Assembly (NCBI GenBank): GCA_963708295.1 | Contig: CAVPSJ010000018.1 | Coordinates: 1 to 64,000, forward strand | DNA: 64,000 nt | Source: an uncultured delta proteobacterium | Lineage (GTDB): Bacteria; Desulfobacterota; BSN033; UBA1163 | Direction: 5' to 3' | Shown here: piece by piece, positions 10,781 to 21,024 of the stretch | Numbering within the stretch: position 1 is the first letter of the stretch | Layout: each line of letters starts with the position of its first letter | Made by a program: the position numbers and the translations under genes | Notes under the pieces: generated by a model | Databases searched by the model: none | Seen by the model: the letters and a program-made list of their open reading frames with translations, nothing else | Told to the model about the DNA's origin: nothing

Positions 10781-12100
10781 ATGACTCTGGTCACGAAGCA
10801 GATGAACCCAAGACCGGGTCACTCGATAACAGAAGAGCATCTTTTGAGTAACGAAGATAAATTGCCTCGGAAGGCACCCCGGCCAAATTTTTTCTACGGC
10901 TACGTCATCGTCGCTGCCGCCTTATTGATGGCGATTGTGATGTGGGGGGCGCGGTTCTCTTTCGGTGTTTTTTTCTCACCCGTTCTAGAGGAGTTTGGCT
11001 GGACCCGGGCCGCAACCTCCGGGGGATTTTCACTAACCTGGGTTTTCACCGGGCTTCTCTCTATTGGGGTAGGCAGGCTCAACGACAGATTCGGTCCTCG
11101 GCTGATCATGACGATTTCCGGATTCCTGGTTGGCCTCGGCTACCTGTTTATGTCACGATTAGAATCCCTCTGGCAGCTATACCTTTTCTATGGACTCATC
11201 AGCGTCGGCATGAGCGCTGTCCTGGTGCCGACCCTCTCTACGATCGCCAGGTGGTTTGTCAAAATGAGAGCGTTCATGACAGGCATCGTCTTGGCCGGCA
11301 CAGGCATCGCCTTGATGGTGATCGTTCCGGCAGCCAATCAGACTATCTTGAATTACGGTTGGCGGACGGCCTACGTGCTCGTGGGTCTCGTGGTGATCGT
11401 TATCGTCGCCATTGCCGCGCAATTCCTCAGGCGAGACCCCTATCAATTAGGGAGATTGCCCTATGGCCACGACGGGCCAGAGTCATCCCCTTCGGGGACG
11501 GGGACTTCCGGCCTGTCTTTCAGAGAGGCTCTTCGTACCCACCAAGTATGGCTGATCAGCCTGGTCTATTTTTGCACTTATTTCATTTACAACATACTCT
11601 TGGTGCATACGATCATCTATGCCACGGGGGAAGGGATCTCATCGGCGGAAGCGGTGAGTATCATGGTTTTCTTAGGGGGGGCCGGGATCGCCGGCAGAAT
11701 GCTCATGGGTCTCTTTGCGGATAGGGTCGGAAATAAGCAGACCATGGTCCTGGGTGCGGGACTCATGATGGTCACCCTATTCTGGCTACTCACAGCTAAG
11801 GATTTATGGACGTTGTTTTTGTTCGGGGTTGTCTTTGGGTTTGGCCACGGCGGCATGGCAACGATGGAATCTCCAATCGTCGCCCATGTCTTTGGAATGC
11901 GCTCTCACGGGGTTATTTTGGGCCTGGTTTTCTTCAGTGATACGGTGGGTGGAGCGATGGGTCCGTTTTTAGCCGGTTATCTATTCGATGGTACCGGTAA
12001 TTACCGCCTTGCCTTCTTTCTCTGTGCGATTCTCGGTGTCGTCAATTTGATAGCCGTTTTACTGATCAGGCCCCTCAAGAATCCGCAGAGAATCATTTAA
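10781..12100 (+). CDS. MFS transporter (OFA/MCT-like)
   Basis: About 12 hydrophobic segments; GRLNDRFGPR and GLFADRVGNK motif A. Confidence 0.9.
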   Translation: MTLVTKQMNPRPGHSITEEHLLSNEDKLPRKAPRPNFFYGYVIVAAALLMAIVMWGARFSFGVFFSPVLEEFGWTRAATSGGFSLTWVFTGLLSIGVGRLNDRFGPRLIMTISGFLVGLGYLFMSRLESLWQLYLFYGLISVGMSAVLVPTLSTIARWFVKMRAFMTGIVLAGTGIALMVIVPAANQTILNYGWRTAYVLVGLVVIVIVAIAAQFLRRDPYQLGRLPYGHDGPESSPSGTGTSGLSFREALRTHQVWLISLVYFCTYFIYNILLVHTIIYATGEGISSAEAVSIMVFLGGAGIAGRMLMGLFADRVGNKQTMVLGAGLMMVTLFWLLTAKDLWTLFLFGVVFGFGHGGMATMESPIVAHVFGMRSHGVILGLVFFSDTVGGAMGPFLAGYLFDGTGNYRLAFFLCAILGVVNLIAVLLIRPLKNPQRII

Positions 12101-12189
12101 GTGGGATGGTCTACTTCCTAAAGAGCTGCGGCTGACCTTCATGTTTTCCTTCGAGAAGGAAGACCTCGCACAATGGATTTTACAATCAT

Positions 12190-14235
12190 TCAATTCCTTT
12201 TTTCTGCAACCGAGCGGTAACCCTTTTTTGCATTCTCGACCGTACCGGATTTCAGACGAGCCTCCAGCTTGTCCAGCTTTTCAAGTATCGCAGAGCCGAC
12301 ATGTATTTGAGGATTTGATGGTGAATAGGAATGAACTTGCTCCTGCTTCGCGATCACCTCCTTAGCTTTTTCAAATGCACGAACAAAAGAGAAGTTCTGT
12401 CGTAATTCTTCATAGTATGCCTTCCCGAAAAAGGTAAAGTCTGATTCATCCCCGCAGCCAAAGGAGTTACTGCTCGCGTCAGCGGCAGTTAAGATGATTG
12501 CATTGTCATCTTTTAGGAACTCGATATAGGCGCCCGAATAGCAGGCAGATATGACAATTATTTTCCATTTAATGCCTGATTCCGCAACGGCTTTCTTGAG
12601 GCTTTCCGGGTCAATATCATTCAGTTCAAGTGGCCAGTACTCTACCGACAGTTCATATTTCTTGGAACCGTGAGAGGTAAGATACAAGAAGAGTATATCT
12701 TCCTCCGGATTGATGATCTTCCCGATATGTCTGAGCGTTCGGTCAAGACTTGTTAAACTTGCTATGGGTGTGTCCTTGACAGTCTTAGGATTATTAATCA
12801 GAATAATGGAGCGTCCCGCGGTATCGAATCTTTCATCGAACAGTTGCCTGATGACATCAACTTCCTTCATAAATACGTCTTGGGTTGAATAACACGCCAG
12901 GCCCGCGAAATAAAGGTCAACCATTCCTTCACGGTCCGGCTTCAACCCCTCCAGCTTTTGTTCTAAAAGAGCGGGCTGGGAATAGAATGCCTCCTCGCTG
13001 ACAATGGCATAGCGTGATTGTTCCGGGAGATAATTGTCATCGTATTTTGCTGTCCACAACCCACCTCTAGGGATATACCACAACGGAATAGCCAGAAGAG
13101 ATAGGAGGATCAGTCCAACTCGATATTTTCTGGAGGGACCTGTCAGACGCACCAATCCTACATACGCAGCAACCATCCACCATCCGAGTATGACATAGTG
13201 GTGGCTCTCCGGCATCAGTGTGGAGCTAAATTGTTCCCCCTTATCTCCGACTGCAATCTGTAACAAGAAGCCGGCCGCTTCGACAGGAAAGCTAACACTC
13301 ACCAGGGCAATAGGGATGGCTATCAACAATTCACGATTTGACTCAGATTTAGCTATGAAATAGGCAGCGGTGAGCATGAGCGGCACATAAAAAAGCATGT
13401 TGGGAAGATTACGGTAATCGAGATATCCCTCTGTCCCAACGATAGAAAAGTTGAGTCCGAAAACAACAACCAATTCAAAGACGGCAAGCGCAATCAGTTG
13501 CCCGACGGATACACGGAAATCAGAAATGGAAACCTTTTGGAACACTGCCAGTCGTAAACCCGCCAAAATGTTCAGCAGCAAGTCTCTACTTAGACTCCGA
13601 TACTGATACAAATTCTGACGGGCCGTAGCCGGAGGTTGCAAAGCCCCATGGGGTTGGCCTGTCTCTTTATTGGCGGATTTAATCGGAGACGTGGAATGGA
13701 CTGGCACCAAATGGGATTGAATGGTTGATATGAATTCCGCCTTTTCGCTCTCTGAACGAAAAGTCCTGGCTGGCACGCAATAGAAGACCCCTTTGTCTAT
13801 ATAGATTAGAATGACCCCTTTGCATTCTTCCAGGCTCTGTATTCCCTCCCAAGTTAGGAATGATTCTCCATATCTGCCGGAGCATCGGAACCCCGCTTCT
13901 TCCAACACAATCCTGTGCTGCCCTAATACCGCACCCTCTTTCAAGAACATACATTTGTAATACCGCGCGATACGAACCCTGTTTGCAATCAGGAAAAGTA
14001 TGATAAAAGCTAAAAAAACATACTCGGAACGACTCAAGAGATAAAGATATTTGCCATGATAGCGAAAAGAAAAAAGTGATCGATAGACGACCGAAGCGAC
14101 AAGGGATAACAAAGATAAGGTTAATAATAAAATGTAACACCCATCTTTACTCGAATGTCGCAATAAGCGAGTCTGTACAGCTTTGACTGCGGTAAGGTAG
14201 TCCATCAAAGTGACTGTATAGTCAATTTGCATCAT
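12190..14235 (-). CDS. YcxB-like domain + multi-pass membrane region + C13 (legumain/caspase-clan) peptidase fusion
   Basis: C-terminal FLYLTSHGS...IVISACYSG dyad and SFGC; N-terminal WEGIQSLEE..ILIYI..FYCVPARTF resembles YcxB. Confidence 0.8.
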   Translation of the reverse strand: MMQIDYTVTLMDYLTAVKAVQTRLLRHSSKDGCYILLLTLSLLSLVASVVYRSLFSFRYHGKYLYLLSRSEYVFLAFIILFLIANRVRIARYYKCMFLKEGAVLGQHRIVLEEAGFRCSGRYGESFLTWEGIQSLEECKGVILIYIDKGVFYCVPARTFRSESEKAEFISTIQSHLVPVHSTSPIKSANKETGQPHGALQPPATARQNLYQYRSLSRDLLLNILAGLRLAVFQKVSISDFRVSVGQLIALAVFELVVVFGLNFSIVGTEGYLDYRNLPNMLFYVPLMLTAAYFIAKSESNRELLIAIPIALVSVSFPVEAAGFLLQIAVGDKGEQFSSTLMPESHHYVILGWWMVAAYVGLVRLTGPSRKYRVGLILLSLLAIPLWYIPRGGLWTAKYDDNYLPEQSRYAIVSEEAFYSQPALLEQKLEGLKPDREGMVDLYFAGLACYSTQDVFMKEVDVIRQLFDERFDTAGRSIILINNPKTVKDTPIASLTSLDRTLRHIGKIINPEEDILFLYLTSHGSKKYELSVEYWPLELNDIDPESLKKAVAESGIKWKIIVISACYSGAYIEFLKDDNAIILTAADASSNSFGCGDESDFTFFGKAYYEELRQNFSFVRAFEKAKEVIAKQEQVHSYSPSNPQIHVGSAILEKLDKLEARLKSGTVENAKKGYRSVAEKRN

Positions 14236-14278
14236 GATAGGTTGCTGCCCCTGTTTTTGTCCCGTTTCAATTCAAGAA

Positions 14279-14482
14279 TCATTCGATGATTGAAGTTTTT
14301 GATACTTCTGCCTTGCCATCTGGATGTACCAGGACGACCACCCAGAGGTTTAGCCTTTCGCTCTTGAAACCAACAAGGTAATTTTCTCCGTGTCTTTCTA
14401 TTGTTGTATCCGCCTGTACTATGAATCCCGGTGATAAACCGGCGGTCTCCGATTCAGCAACCTTATTATAATAAACATTCAA
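14279..14482 (-). CDS. Hypothetical protein
   Basis: 67 aa ORF whose start overlaps the upstream stop. Confidence 0.4.
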   Translation of the reverse strand: MNVYYNKVAESETAGLSPGFIVQADTTIERHGENYLVGFKSERLNLWVVVLVHPDGKAEVSKTSIIE

Positions 14483-14751
14483 TCAGTCGATTTGCCCCCG
14501 GCTGATAGGTACTTCATGGGAATGACCGCCAAAGGTACAAAAAGGAGAACAGCTAAAAGCCTCGCGGCAATAGGATGAAATTTGTAGAGGCGCGTAAATA
14601 GAAAAAGGACCCCCCAGGTATAGATCGACCCTACGGCAACGCAGACGAGAGACCAGAATCCACCCACAAACCAAATAGTAAACAGGATTAATACGATAAA
14701 GAAGAGACCGAGTGCGGCATCCCGCCGTTGATGTAACCCGCTGTCCATCAT
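14479..14751 (-). CDS. Small membrane hypothetical protein
   Basis: 90 aa with three hydrophobic segments. Confidence 0.55.
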   Translation of the reverse strand: MMDSGLHQRRDAALGLFFIVLILFTIWFVGGFWSLVCVAVGSIYTWGVLFLFTRLYKFHPIAARLLAVLLFVPLAVIPMKYLSAGGKSTD

Positions 14752-14900
14752 CGTTTGTAAGCTGATAACGAGAGGCGGGCTCCCCCTCTCCCCTTTGCAG
14801 GCAGAAACCGCAAAGTGACGGCGAGAACATGAATCCCTAAGGAGCTTTCAGCTTTTAACCTTATGTGATCTGCCACGCTCTCTGCGCTATCTCTTCCTTA

Positions 14901-16385
14901 TTACAAGAAATACTTGGCGATGTCGATGTGGTACTTATAGGGGTCTAAGGTCTTAACGATGTTCCATTTGTAGTTTCCTGCCCTGTCCGTATCCGTAAGA
15001 TCAACTAGTTCTTTGGTCGCCCCTCCCTGCACATCTCGGTCGACCAGCAGGACCTGGGGACGGTCTAAGCACCTGGGATCATGGTTGGACTTATAGACAA
15101 TCCCTATTTCATGCGTATTCAGGAGGACCAAGGATCCCAGCGGATAAATTCCTACCAAGCCAATGAAGATCTTGAGGAGAAGGGGGTCAAAATGGACATC
15201 CTTCTCTCGCAGCATGATGGCAAGAGCTTGCTCGGGGGTATACGGGATTTTCTTATAAATTCGGGGGGTCGTCATGGCATCATAAGAATCCGCAATCTGA
15301 ATGATTCTTCCGAAGAGGCTCACTTCTTTCTTGAGAAAAAGTCTTGGGTATCCTGAAAGGTCATTCATCAGATGGTGGTCAAAGACACCGATCACCATCC
15401 TGGGATTGATCTCCCCCAGCTGTTTCAGATTGAGCACGATCTCCACTCCCATCAAGGGGTGCTTCCTCATCATCTCCCATTCCTCAGCGCTGAGGCCAGC
15501 GGGTTTATTCAGAATCTCTCTGGGGATCTTGGACTTTCCGATATCATGGAGCAGAGCCGTAATTCCTAACTCCGTCAAGATCTTCTTTGAGAACCCCAAC
15601 CGTTTCCCCATCGCCAGGGCGTAAATCGAAACATTGACGGAATGATTAAAAGTGTATTCATCATAATTTTTGATCATCGTCATCCCGAGCAGGATAGATT
15701 CATCCTCGATGACGAGATGGATCGCTTTCTGTGCCAGCCTCTTCAACTTTCTGATATCGGCGTGTCGATTCCCTTTGATGTTTGTGATCACATCTTTGAT
15801 CGTTCCGATGGTCTCAAAAAATATTTTCTTCCCCACCTCCCGATGATCTTCCTTCTGGAGGGTAAAGGCCTCCTCCTCCCCGTCGACGATCTCCAGGGGA
15901 TTCACATCGATCGAGGTGATCTGGTGACTCTCTAATTGTTTCTTGAGAAGATCTGCATTTTCGTCACGACCCTCCTCTAAATTGATGAAGGCATAGATAA
16001 AATGCCTCAACATCTCTTCTCCCATCACCGTTTTGAAAATCACTTCCCCGATCAACCGTTTCTTCCATTGGGTCGAAAGATATTTGAAGCTTGTGAACCC
16101 TTCCACCGAGTAGCGCAATCGCTGGTCGTTGAGGAAGAAGTCATCTTTGACGATTTTCAGGGAGAGGACCCCACTTCTCTTGATCAGCGTGTTAATGGTC
16201 TCAAGAAACTCACTGATAAACTGATTGAGGGCCACATTCTTGGAATCATAAATCTGGGAGATCCTCATCAGCACATGAAATTTGGTGACGAGGTTATTCC
16301 CCAATTTCGATAGCTCGGCTTCCATGCCATCGAGCGGCTTCGGGTTCGCCTTTTTGGGCAGGGTTGGGGAGGGTGTGATCTCCAT
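14901..16385 (-). CDS. HD-GYP phosphodiesterase with uncharacterised N-terminal domain
   Basis: YTFNHSVNV, LLHDIGK, HPLMG, HH..DLSGYP, IADSYDAMT. Confidence 0.9.
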   Translation of the reverse strand: MEITPSPTLPKKANPKPLDGMEAELSKLGNNLVTKFHVLMRISQIYDSKNVALNQFISEFLETINTLIKRSGVLSLKIVKDDFFLNDQRLRYSVEGFTSFKYLSTQWKKRLIGEVIFKTVMGEEMLRHFIYAFINLEEGRDENADLLKKQLESHQITSIDVNPLEIVDGEEEAFTLQKEDHREVGKKIFFETIGTIKDVITNIKGNRHADIRKLKRLAQKAIHLVIEDESILLGMTMIKNYDEYTFNHSVNVSIYALAMGKRLGFSKKILTELGITALLHDIGKSKIPREILNKPAGLSAEEWEMMRKHPLMGVEIVLNLKQLGEINPRMVIGVFDHHLMNDLSGYPRLFLKKEVSLFGRIIQIADSYDAMTTPRIYKKIPYTPEQALAIMLREKDVHFDPLLLKIFIGLVGIYPLGSLVLLNTHEIGIVYKSNHDPRCLDRPQVLLVDRDVQGGATKELVDLTDTDRAGNYKWNIVKTLDPYKYHIDIAKYFL

Positions 16386-16435
16386 CGGGTCTCCTTTATC
16401 AGCCAGGGTTTGATCACCCGCTGCTCAAGTGATTC

Positions 16436-18112
16436 TCAAGGCCTAGGCCCCAGCATTTTTAACGTATTCACGGCACATTGCCTCATCTCATTCCACTTTT
16501 CCCTCTGGAATAAGTGTCTTTTCCTCGAAATTCCCTCTAAGATGGGTATCACTTCATTCGCCCCGGTTTCCCCCAGGGCTCTGAAGAAGGAGGCTTTCTC
16601 CTTATAATCCCGTTTGAAAAACTCCTCGGAGAGGATGATTTCGGTGAGGGGCTTTACCGCTTGGCCCTTAGCCACTCTCGCCAAAAGAAGCGCGGCCTTT
16701 GATCTGATCCCTGATGCCGAATCCGCTAAGAATCCTTGCATCAGGTCCTTCCCCTTTTCCCCGAATTTACTAAGGATCTGGAGGGTCTCCTCTCTCACTT
16801 TCAGATCCTGGTGGGTCACTAAATCCCTTAAATAATTCATCGTGGAGGGATCTCCGATGGTCCCAAGGATGTAGAGAACGTGGCAGACCAACATGGGATT
16901 TTGATCCGACAAGAATTTACTCAGCGGCTGGATTCCATCCCGGCAGAGTGCGGTCAATCGTTCACAGATCGTTTTCCTCCACTTTCCGGACTCCACCTCG
17001 CCCAACAACAGACAAAGAGGTTCAACGGCCTGCTTCGTGAGGAGTCGGAGATATTCAAGGATGGACTCTGAAGGAACCTCTCCGTTTCCCTTCATTGCCT
17101 TTCCCAGGAGTTCAATCGAACGGGAGCCGGACGAATTTTCAAGAATACGCTGAATTGCAAAAATCTGCTTGTCCTTCATCATGATGGAGTCCATGGTCTG
17201 ATTCAGGCTGTTCAGGAGGGCGACCGCTTTTTCGACATCTTTCTGCTCGAGGAGGTATTCGATGACCCGATCGAAGTAGGAGATCATATTTTCGTAGGCA
17301 TCCGCGTCCTCACCGAGGTGAAGCAAGATTTCGATCAGGTTGTTTATCAAGGTAAAGATATAGTCCGGCTGTTCCTCTTGCCGCGCCTCCCGATCGATCT
17401 TTTCCGTTTCCTCGGGAGTGAGCTGACAGGCTTGAACCAAGGATTGCCCCGGAGCGGGGTTGATCGCCTTCGCCAGGCCTTCTTGCACAGGGAGAGAAGC
17501 GCCCTCGGCCTTCCCTTCTTCCACAGTCTCTGGAACGTATTCTGACCCCTTGATTAAATCTTCCTCTGTGGCAGGAACAAGGGTGGCCCCCGCCTCCATG
17601 AATTCATCCACTGCGGTAAAGGTGATGTGAGAGAAGTCTTTTTCCCAGAGCAGGGTGACGAGATCATCCTCCATGCGATTCAGTAAGTCACCCTTTCTCA
17701 CCACGTTGAGAAAGTCAATCATCTCCTTGTATTCCAAACCTCTTGAAAATTGGAGCTCCCGAATTCCGTCTTTAAAAAAGAGAAAGGCTAGACTCTCCTT
17801 CACATCTTCACTTTCATAAACGATATTTCCGCGATAAAAGAGCCGGTGCTCCCCGATCTGGAGAGAGAAAGAATCGAATTCATCAAAATAATGATCGAAA
17901 TCCTTCCTCAGCCTTTCCAGGAATTTAGACAGAATCGGATGATTGGCCTCGTAGAGTCGAAAGGCCTTCAGGGTCTGGAGAAAAGTCTGGATGAGTGATT
18001 TGGTCGATTTGACTTTCTCCTCAATTTCCTTCTCTTCAGAAATGTCGATCTTGTCCTCTAAGCTTTTCACCGGGCTTCTCCCCTTATCTGTTCCCCTCTC
18101 CGAGAGATTCAT
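16436..18112 (-). CDS. HEAT-repeat protein
   Basis: C-terminal repeats LSDQNPMLVCHVLYILG / VTHQDLKVREETLQIL / LADSASGIRSKAALLL. Confidence 0.85.
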   Translation of the reverse strand: MNLSERGTDKGRSPVKSLEDKIDISEEKEIEEKVKSTKSLIQTFLQTLKAFRLYEANHPILSKFLERLRKDFDHYFDEFDSFSLQIGEHRLFYRGNIVYESEDVKESLAFLFFKDGIRELQFSRGLEYKEMIDFLNVVRKGDLLNRMEDDLVTLLWEKDFSHITFTAVDEFMEAGATLVPATEEDLIKGSEYVPETVEEGKAEGASLPVQEGLAKAINPAPGQSLVQACQLTPEETEKIDREARQEEQPDYIFTLINNLIEILLHLGEDADAYENMISYFDRVIEYLLEQKDVEKAVALLNSLNQTMDSIMMKDKQIFAIQRILENSSGSRSIELLGKAMKGNGEVPSESILEYLRLLTKQAVEPLCLLLGEVESGKWRKTICERLTALCRDGIQPLSKFLSDQNPMLVCHVLYILGTIGDPSTMNYLRDLVTHQDLKVREETLQILSKFGEKGKDLMQGFLADSASGIRSKAALLLARVAKGQAVKPLTEIILSEEFFKRDYKEKASFFRALGETGANEVIPILEGISRKRHLFQREKWNEMRQCAVNTLKMLGPRP

Positions 18113-18306
18113 GCAGCCTGTGGATGCTCATTCTCTCCTTTCAGAAATCGATCCAACTCTGATTTGAGAACCTTCCAACCCTTTCCCGCCTTCGTTCCTT
18201 TGATCCTTCCCAGATAGAGGTATTTCAAATAGGTCGGCCTCGAAATCCGAAGATAGTGGCAGGCCTCCTGAGTTGTTAGGACATTGTCTAAGCTATCTGT
18301 TATCAT
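18109..18306 (-). CDS. Excisionase-family (HTH_17) DNA-binding protein
   Basis: LTTQEACHYLRISRPT..GRIKGTKAGKGWKV..ELDRFL; ATGA overlap with the HEAT gene. Confidence 0.85.
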   Translation of the reverse strand: MITDSLDNVLTTQEACHYLRISRPTYLKYLYLGRIKGTKAGKGWKVLKSELDRFLKGENEHPQAA

Positions 18307-18345
18307 GGCTTTCCACCTTCCCCATTAGACTTTACATTGATTGAT

Positions 18346-18362
18346 AGCATTTTCTATACCAA
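18346..18362 (-). promoter_or_regulatory. Sigma54 (-24/-12) promoter
   Basis: Minus strand TTGGTATAGAAAATGCT: GG-N10-GC spacing, 40 nt upstream of the excisionase-HTH start. Confidence 0.6.
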
Positions 18363-18532
18363 ACCGATTGATTTTATTTAACTGACTGAAACTAAAAATG
18401 ATTTTTTCAGGACCATCCAAGCTCAAGGGGGAGAGTTGCCGTTTTTTGTCTCCTTCGTGTCGAACTTGTGCCATTTATTTATTGTCTCTTTGAGCCGAGA
18501 TCGGTTAGAATTTTTGCGTGGTCAGTCGCGTC

Positions 18533-20260
18533 ATGGATAACAAAAAGGTGAGTGCCGTTCTGGAAGAGGTGGCCTTGTTCTTGGAATTGAAAGGGGAAAA
18601 CCCATTCAAGGTGAAAGCCTATTCTCAGGCGGCGAGAACGATCGGAATTTTGGAAGAAGACCTGGAGGTGTTGATTCAAGAAGGTCGTCTCACAGAAATA
18701 AAGGGAATCGGCGAGGCCTTAACTCAACACATTACCGAACTGGTCACCACAGGTCGACTTGGACTTCATGAAGATTTAAGAAACTCCATCCCACCCGGCC
18801 ATCTGGAAATGATGAAAGTCCCGGGCCTGGGGCCCAAGAAGATCAAAGTTCTTCATGACCGACTCAATATTAAAACCATGGGCGAGTTGGAATATGCCTG
18901 TCTCGAAAACCGACTGGTGGATCTTCAGGGATTCGGAAAAAAATCTCAGGAAAAGATTCTTCAGGGTATCCAGCAGGTCAAAAGATATCAAGGCCAGTAT
19001 CTTTACGGAGAAGCGATCGTTCCCGCCCGTGAAGTTCTCAAAAAGCTCCTCTCCCATCCCAAAGTGATTCGCGGACACCTCGCGGGTTCCTTGAGAAGGA
19101 AGATGGAAGTCGTGCGAAACATCAACCTCGTGATTAGCACCTGTCATCCACAAGAGGTCTGGAACGCTTTTTCAAGACTTCCTGAAGTGGAAGCGGTCCC
19201 ATCGAACGACGTCGCCGGCGGTCGCTACCGCCTCCTTTCGGGAGTCGGGGGCGACCTCCGAATCGCTTCAGAGCCGACCTATCCCTATGCCCTCCTCTGC
19301 TTCACTGGAAGTTCCGCCCATTGGACTTCCATGCTTGAAAGAGCGAAGGGCATGGAGTTGAAACTGAGCGAAGAAGGGCTCTATCGGAACGCCAGGGCCA
19401 TCTCCTGCACTGAGGAAGAGGGGGTCTTCAACGCCCTGGGCCTCGACTTCATCCCGCCGGAGTTAAGGGAAAATCAAGGAGAAATTGAAGCCGCTGAGAT
19501 GCATCGGCTCCCACGGCTGATCGAGGAGCGCGATATCAAAGGAATCTTTCATGTCCATTCTGTCTACAGCGACGGAACAGCCTCGATCCGGAGGTTGACC
19601 CACGCAGCAAAGGGAATGGGATTTTCCTATTTGGGCCTTTCCGACCACAGCCAATCTGCTCCTTATGCAGGAGGATTGAGCTGTGAAAGACTTCGAAAAC
19701 AATGGGAAGAGATCGATCAAGCGAACCAGGAAAGCGAGGGGTTTGTTATTTTCAAAGGAATCGAATCTGAGATTCTTCCCGACGGTTCCCTGGACTACGA
19801 AGACTCGATTCTCAGCAAGTTTGACTTTGTGATCGCCTCGGTTCATTCCCACTTCTACCTATCTCGGGAAGAAATGACCCAGCGAGTGATCAAAGCCATC
19901 AGGAACCCGTATACGACCATTTTGGGACATCCCACTGGCCGGCTTCTCTTAGCCAGAGAACCCTACGCCATCGATATGATCCGTATCATTGACGAGGCAA
20001 GCCGATCAGGGGTCGCCATTGAACTCAATGCCCATCCCTATCGATTGGACATTGATTGGAGATTGTGCAAATATGCTAAAGAAAAGGGGGTAAAAATTGC
20101 CATCAACCCGGATGCCCACGAGGAAGCAGGATTGAAGGATACGTATCATGGAGTGGGAATCGGACGGAAGGGGTGGCTGGAGCCCGGAGACATCCTCAAT
20201 GCCCTGGATTTTGGAGAGATGAAGGCCTTTTTGGAACGAAGGAAACCGTCTTCAGCATGA
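18533..20260 (+). CDS. polX: DNA polymerase X/PHP exonuclease with altered polymerase site
   Basis: GENPFKVKAY, HhH motifs, AGSLRR; PHP motifs HVH, SDH, HPTGR, ELN, NPDAH; the DxD position reads NIN. Confidence 0.92.
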   Translation: MDNKKVSAVLEEVALFLELKGENPFKVKAYSQAARTIGILEEDLEVLIQEGRLTEIKGIGEALTQHITELVTTGRLGLHEDLRNSIPPGHLEMMKVPGLGPKKIKVLHDRLNIKTMGELEYACLENRLVDLQGFGKKSQEKILQGIQQVKRYQGQYLYGEAIVPAREVLKKLLSHPKVIRGHLAGSLRRKMEVVRNINLVISTCHPQEVWNAFSRLPEVEAVPSNDVAGGRYRLLSGVGGDLRIASEPTYPYALLCFTGSSAHWTSMLERAKGMELKLSEEGLYRNARAISCTEEEGVFNALGLDFIPPELRENQGEIEAAEMHRLPRLIEERDIKGIFHVHSVYSDGTASIRRLTHAAKGMGFSYLGLSDHSQSAPYAGGLSCERLRKQWEEIDQANQESEGFVIFKGIESEILPDGSLDYEDSILSKFDFVIASVHSHFYLSREEMTQRVIKAIRNPYTTILGHPTGRLLLAREPYAIDMIRIIDEASRSGVAIELNAHPYRLDIDWRLCKYAKEKGVKIAINPDAHEEAGLKDTYHGVGIGRKGWLEPGDILNALDFGEMKAFLERRKPSSA

Positions 20261-20311
20261 GAAAGACAGTTCACCGTTCACGGCTCAAGTCGATTGCAGA
20301 CGGGAGGAGCT

Positions 20312-20965
20312 ATGAAAAAGCAAGAAGATTTAAAGAAGAGAGTAAAAAAGATCATAAAAATTCTTTCAAAGGAGATTCCCAATTCCACCATCGCTCTGAA
20401 ATTCTCCAATCCCCTTGAACTTCTGATCGCAACCATTCTTTCCGCCCAATGCACGGATGTCAAGGTAAACCAGGTCACGGAGAATCTTTTCAAAAAGCAT
20501 CGCACGGCTAGGGATTATGCCGAGTCAGATCTGGCGGAGCTGGAAAAGGAGATTCGTCCGACTGGATTCTACCGGAATAAAGCCAAATCGATCCAGAAAT
20601 GCTGTCAGGAGCTGGAGAAGCGATTTGACGGAAAGATTCCAAGAGTCCTTGAAGATCTGGTTACCCTTCCCGGAGTGGGAAGGAAAACCGCGAATGTCAT
20701 TTTAGGAAACGTCTTCGGGATCCCTGGCATTACGGTCGACACTCATGTAAACAGGGTGAGCCAGAGAATCGGTTTGACGAAGAACAATGATCCCGTCAAG
20801 ATTGAGTTTGATCTGATGGAGATCGTTCCGAAGGAAGAGTGGACCCACTTTTCAAATCTTCTCATCTGGCATGGGAGAAAGACCTGTGTGGCAAGAAAAC
20901 CCCTTTGTGAGATATGTCCCATTCGAAAAGAGTGCGACTACGGATCCAAAATCATCCCGGCATGA
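20312..20965 (+). CDS. nth: Endonuclease III
   Basis: LSAQCTD, LPGVGRKTANV, VDTHV, C-x6-C-x2-C-x5-C. Confidence 0.95.
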   Translation: MKKQEDLKKRVKKIIKILSKEIPNSTIALKFSNPLELLIATILSAQCTDVKVNQVTENLFKKHRTARDYAESDLAELEKEIRPTGFYRNKAKSIQKCCQELEKRFDGKIPRVLEDLVTLPGVGRKTANVILGNVFGIPGITVDTHVNRVSQRIGLTKNNDPVKIEFDLMEIVPKEEWTHFSNLLIWHGRKTCVARKPLCEICPIRKECDYGSKIIPA

Positions 20966-21024
20966 AGGGGGAAAACTGCCCATGAGTTATATATTTTTCG
21001 CGCAAAAGGAAGGAGTCATCTCTC

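Noticed and set aside
18109-18306. Excisionase as evidence of a prophage or ICE
   Set aside because: No integrase, att sites or phage genes; it is coupled to a signalling operon.
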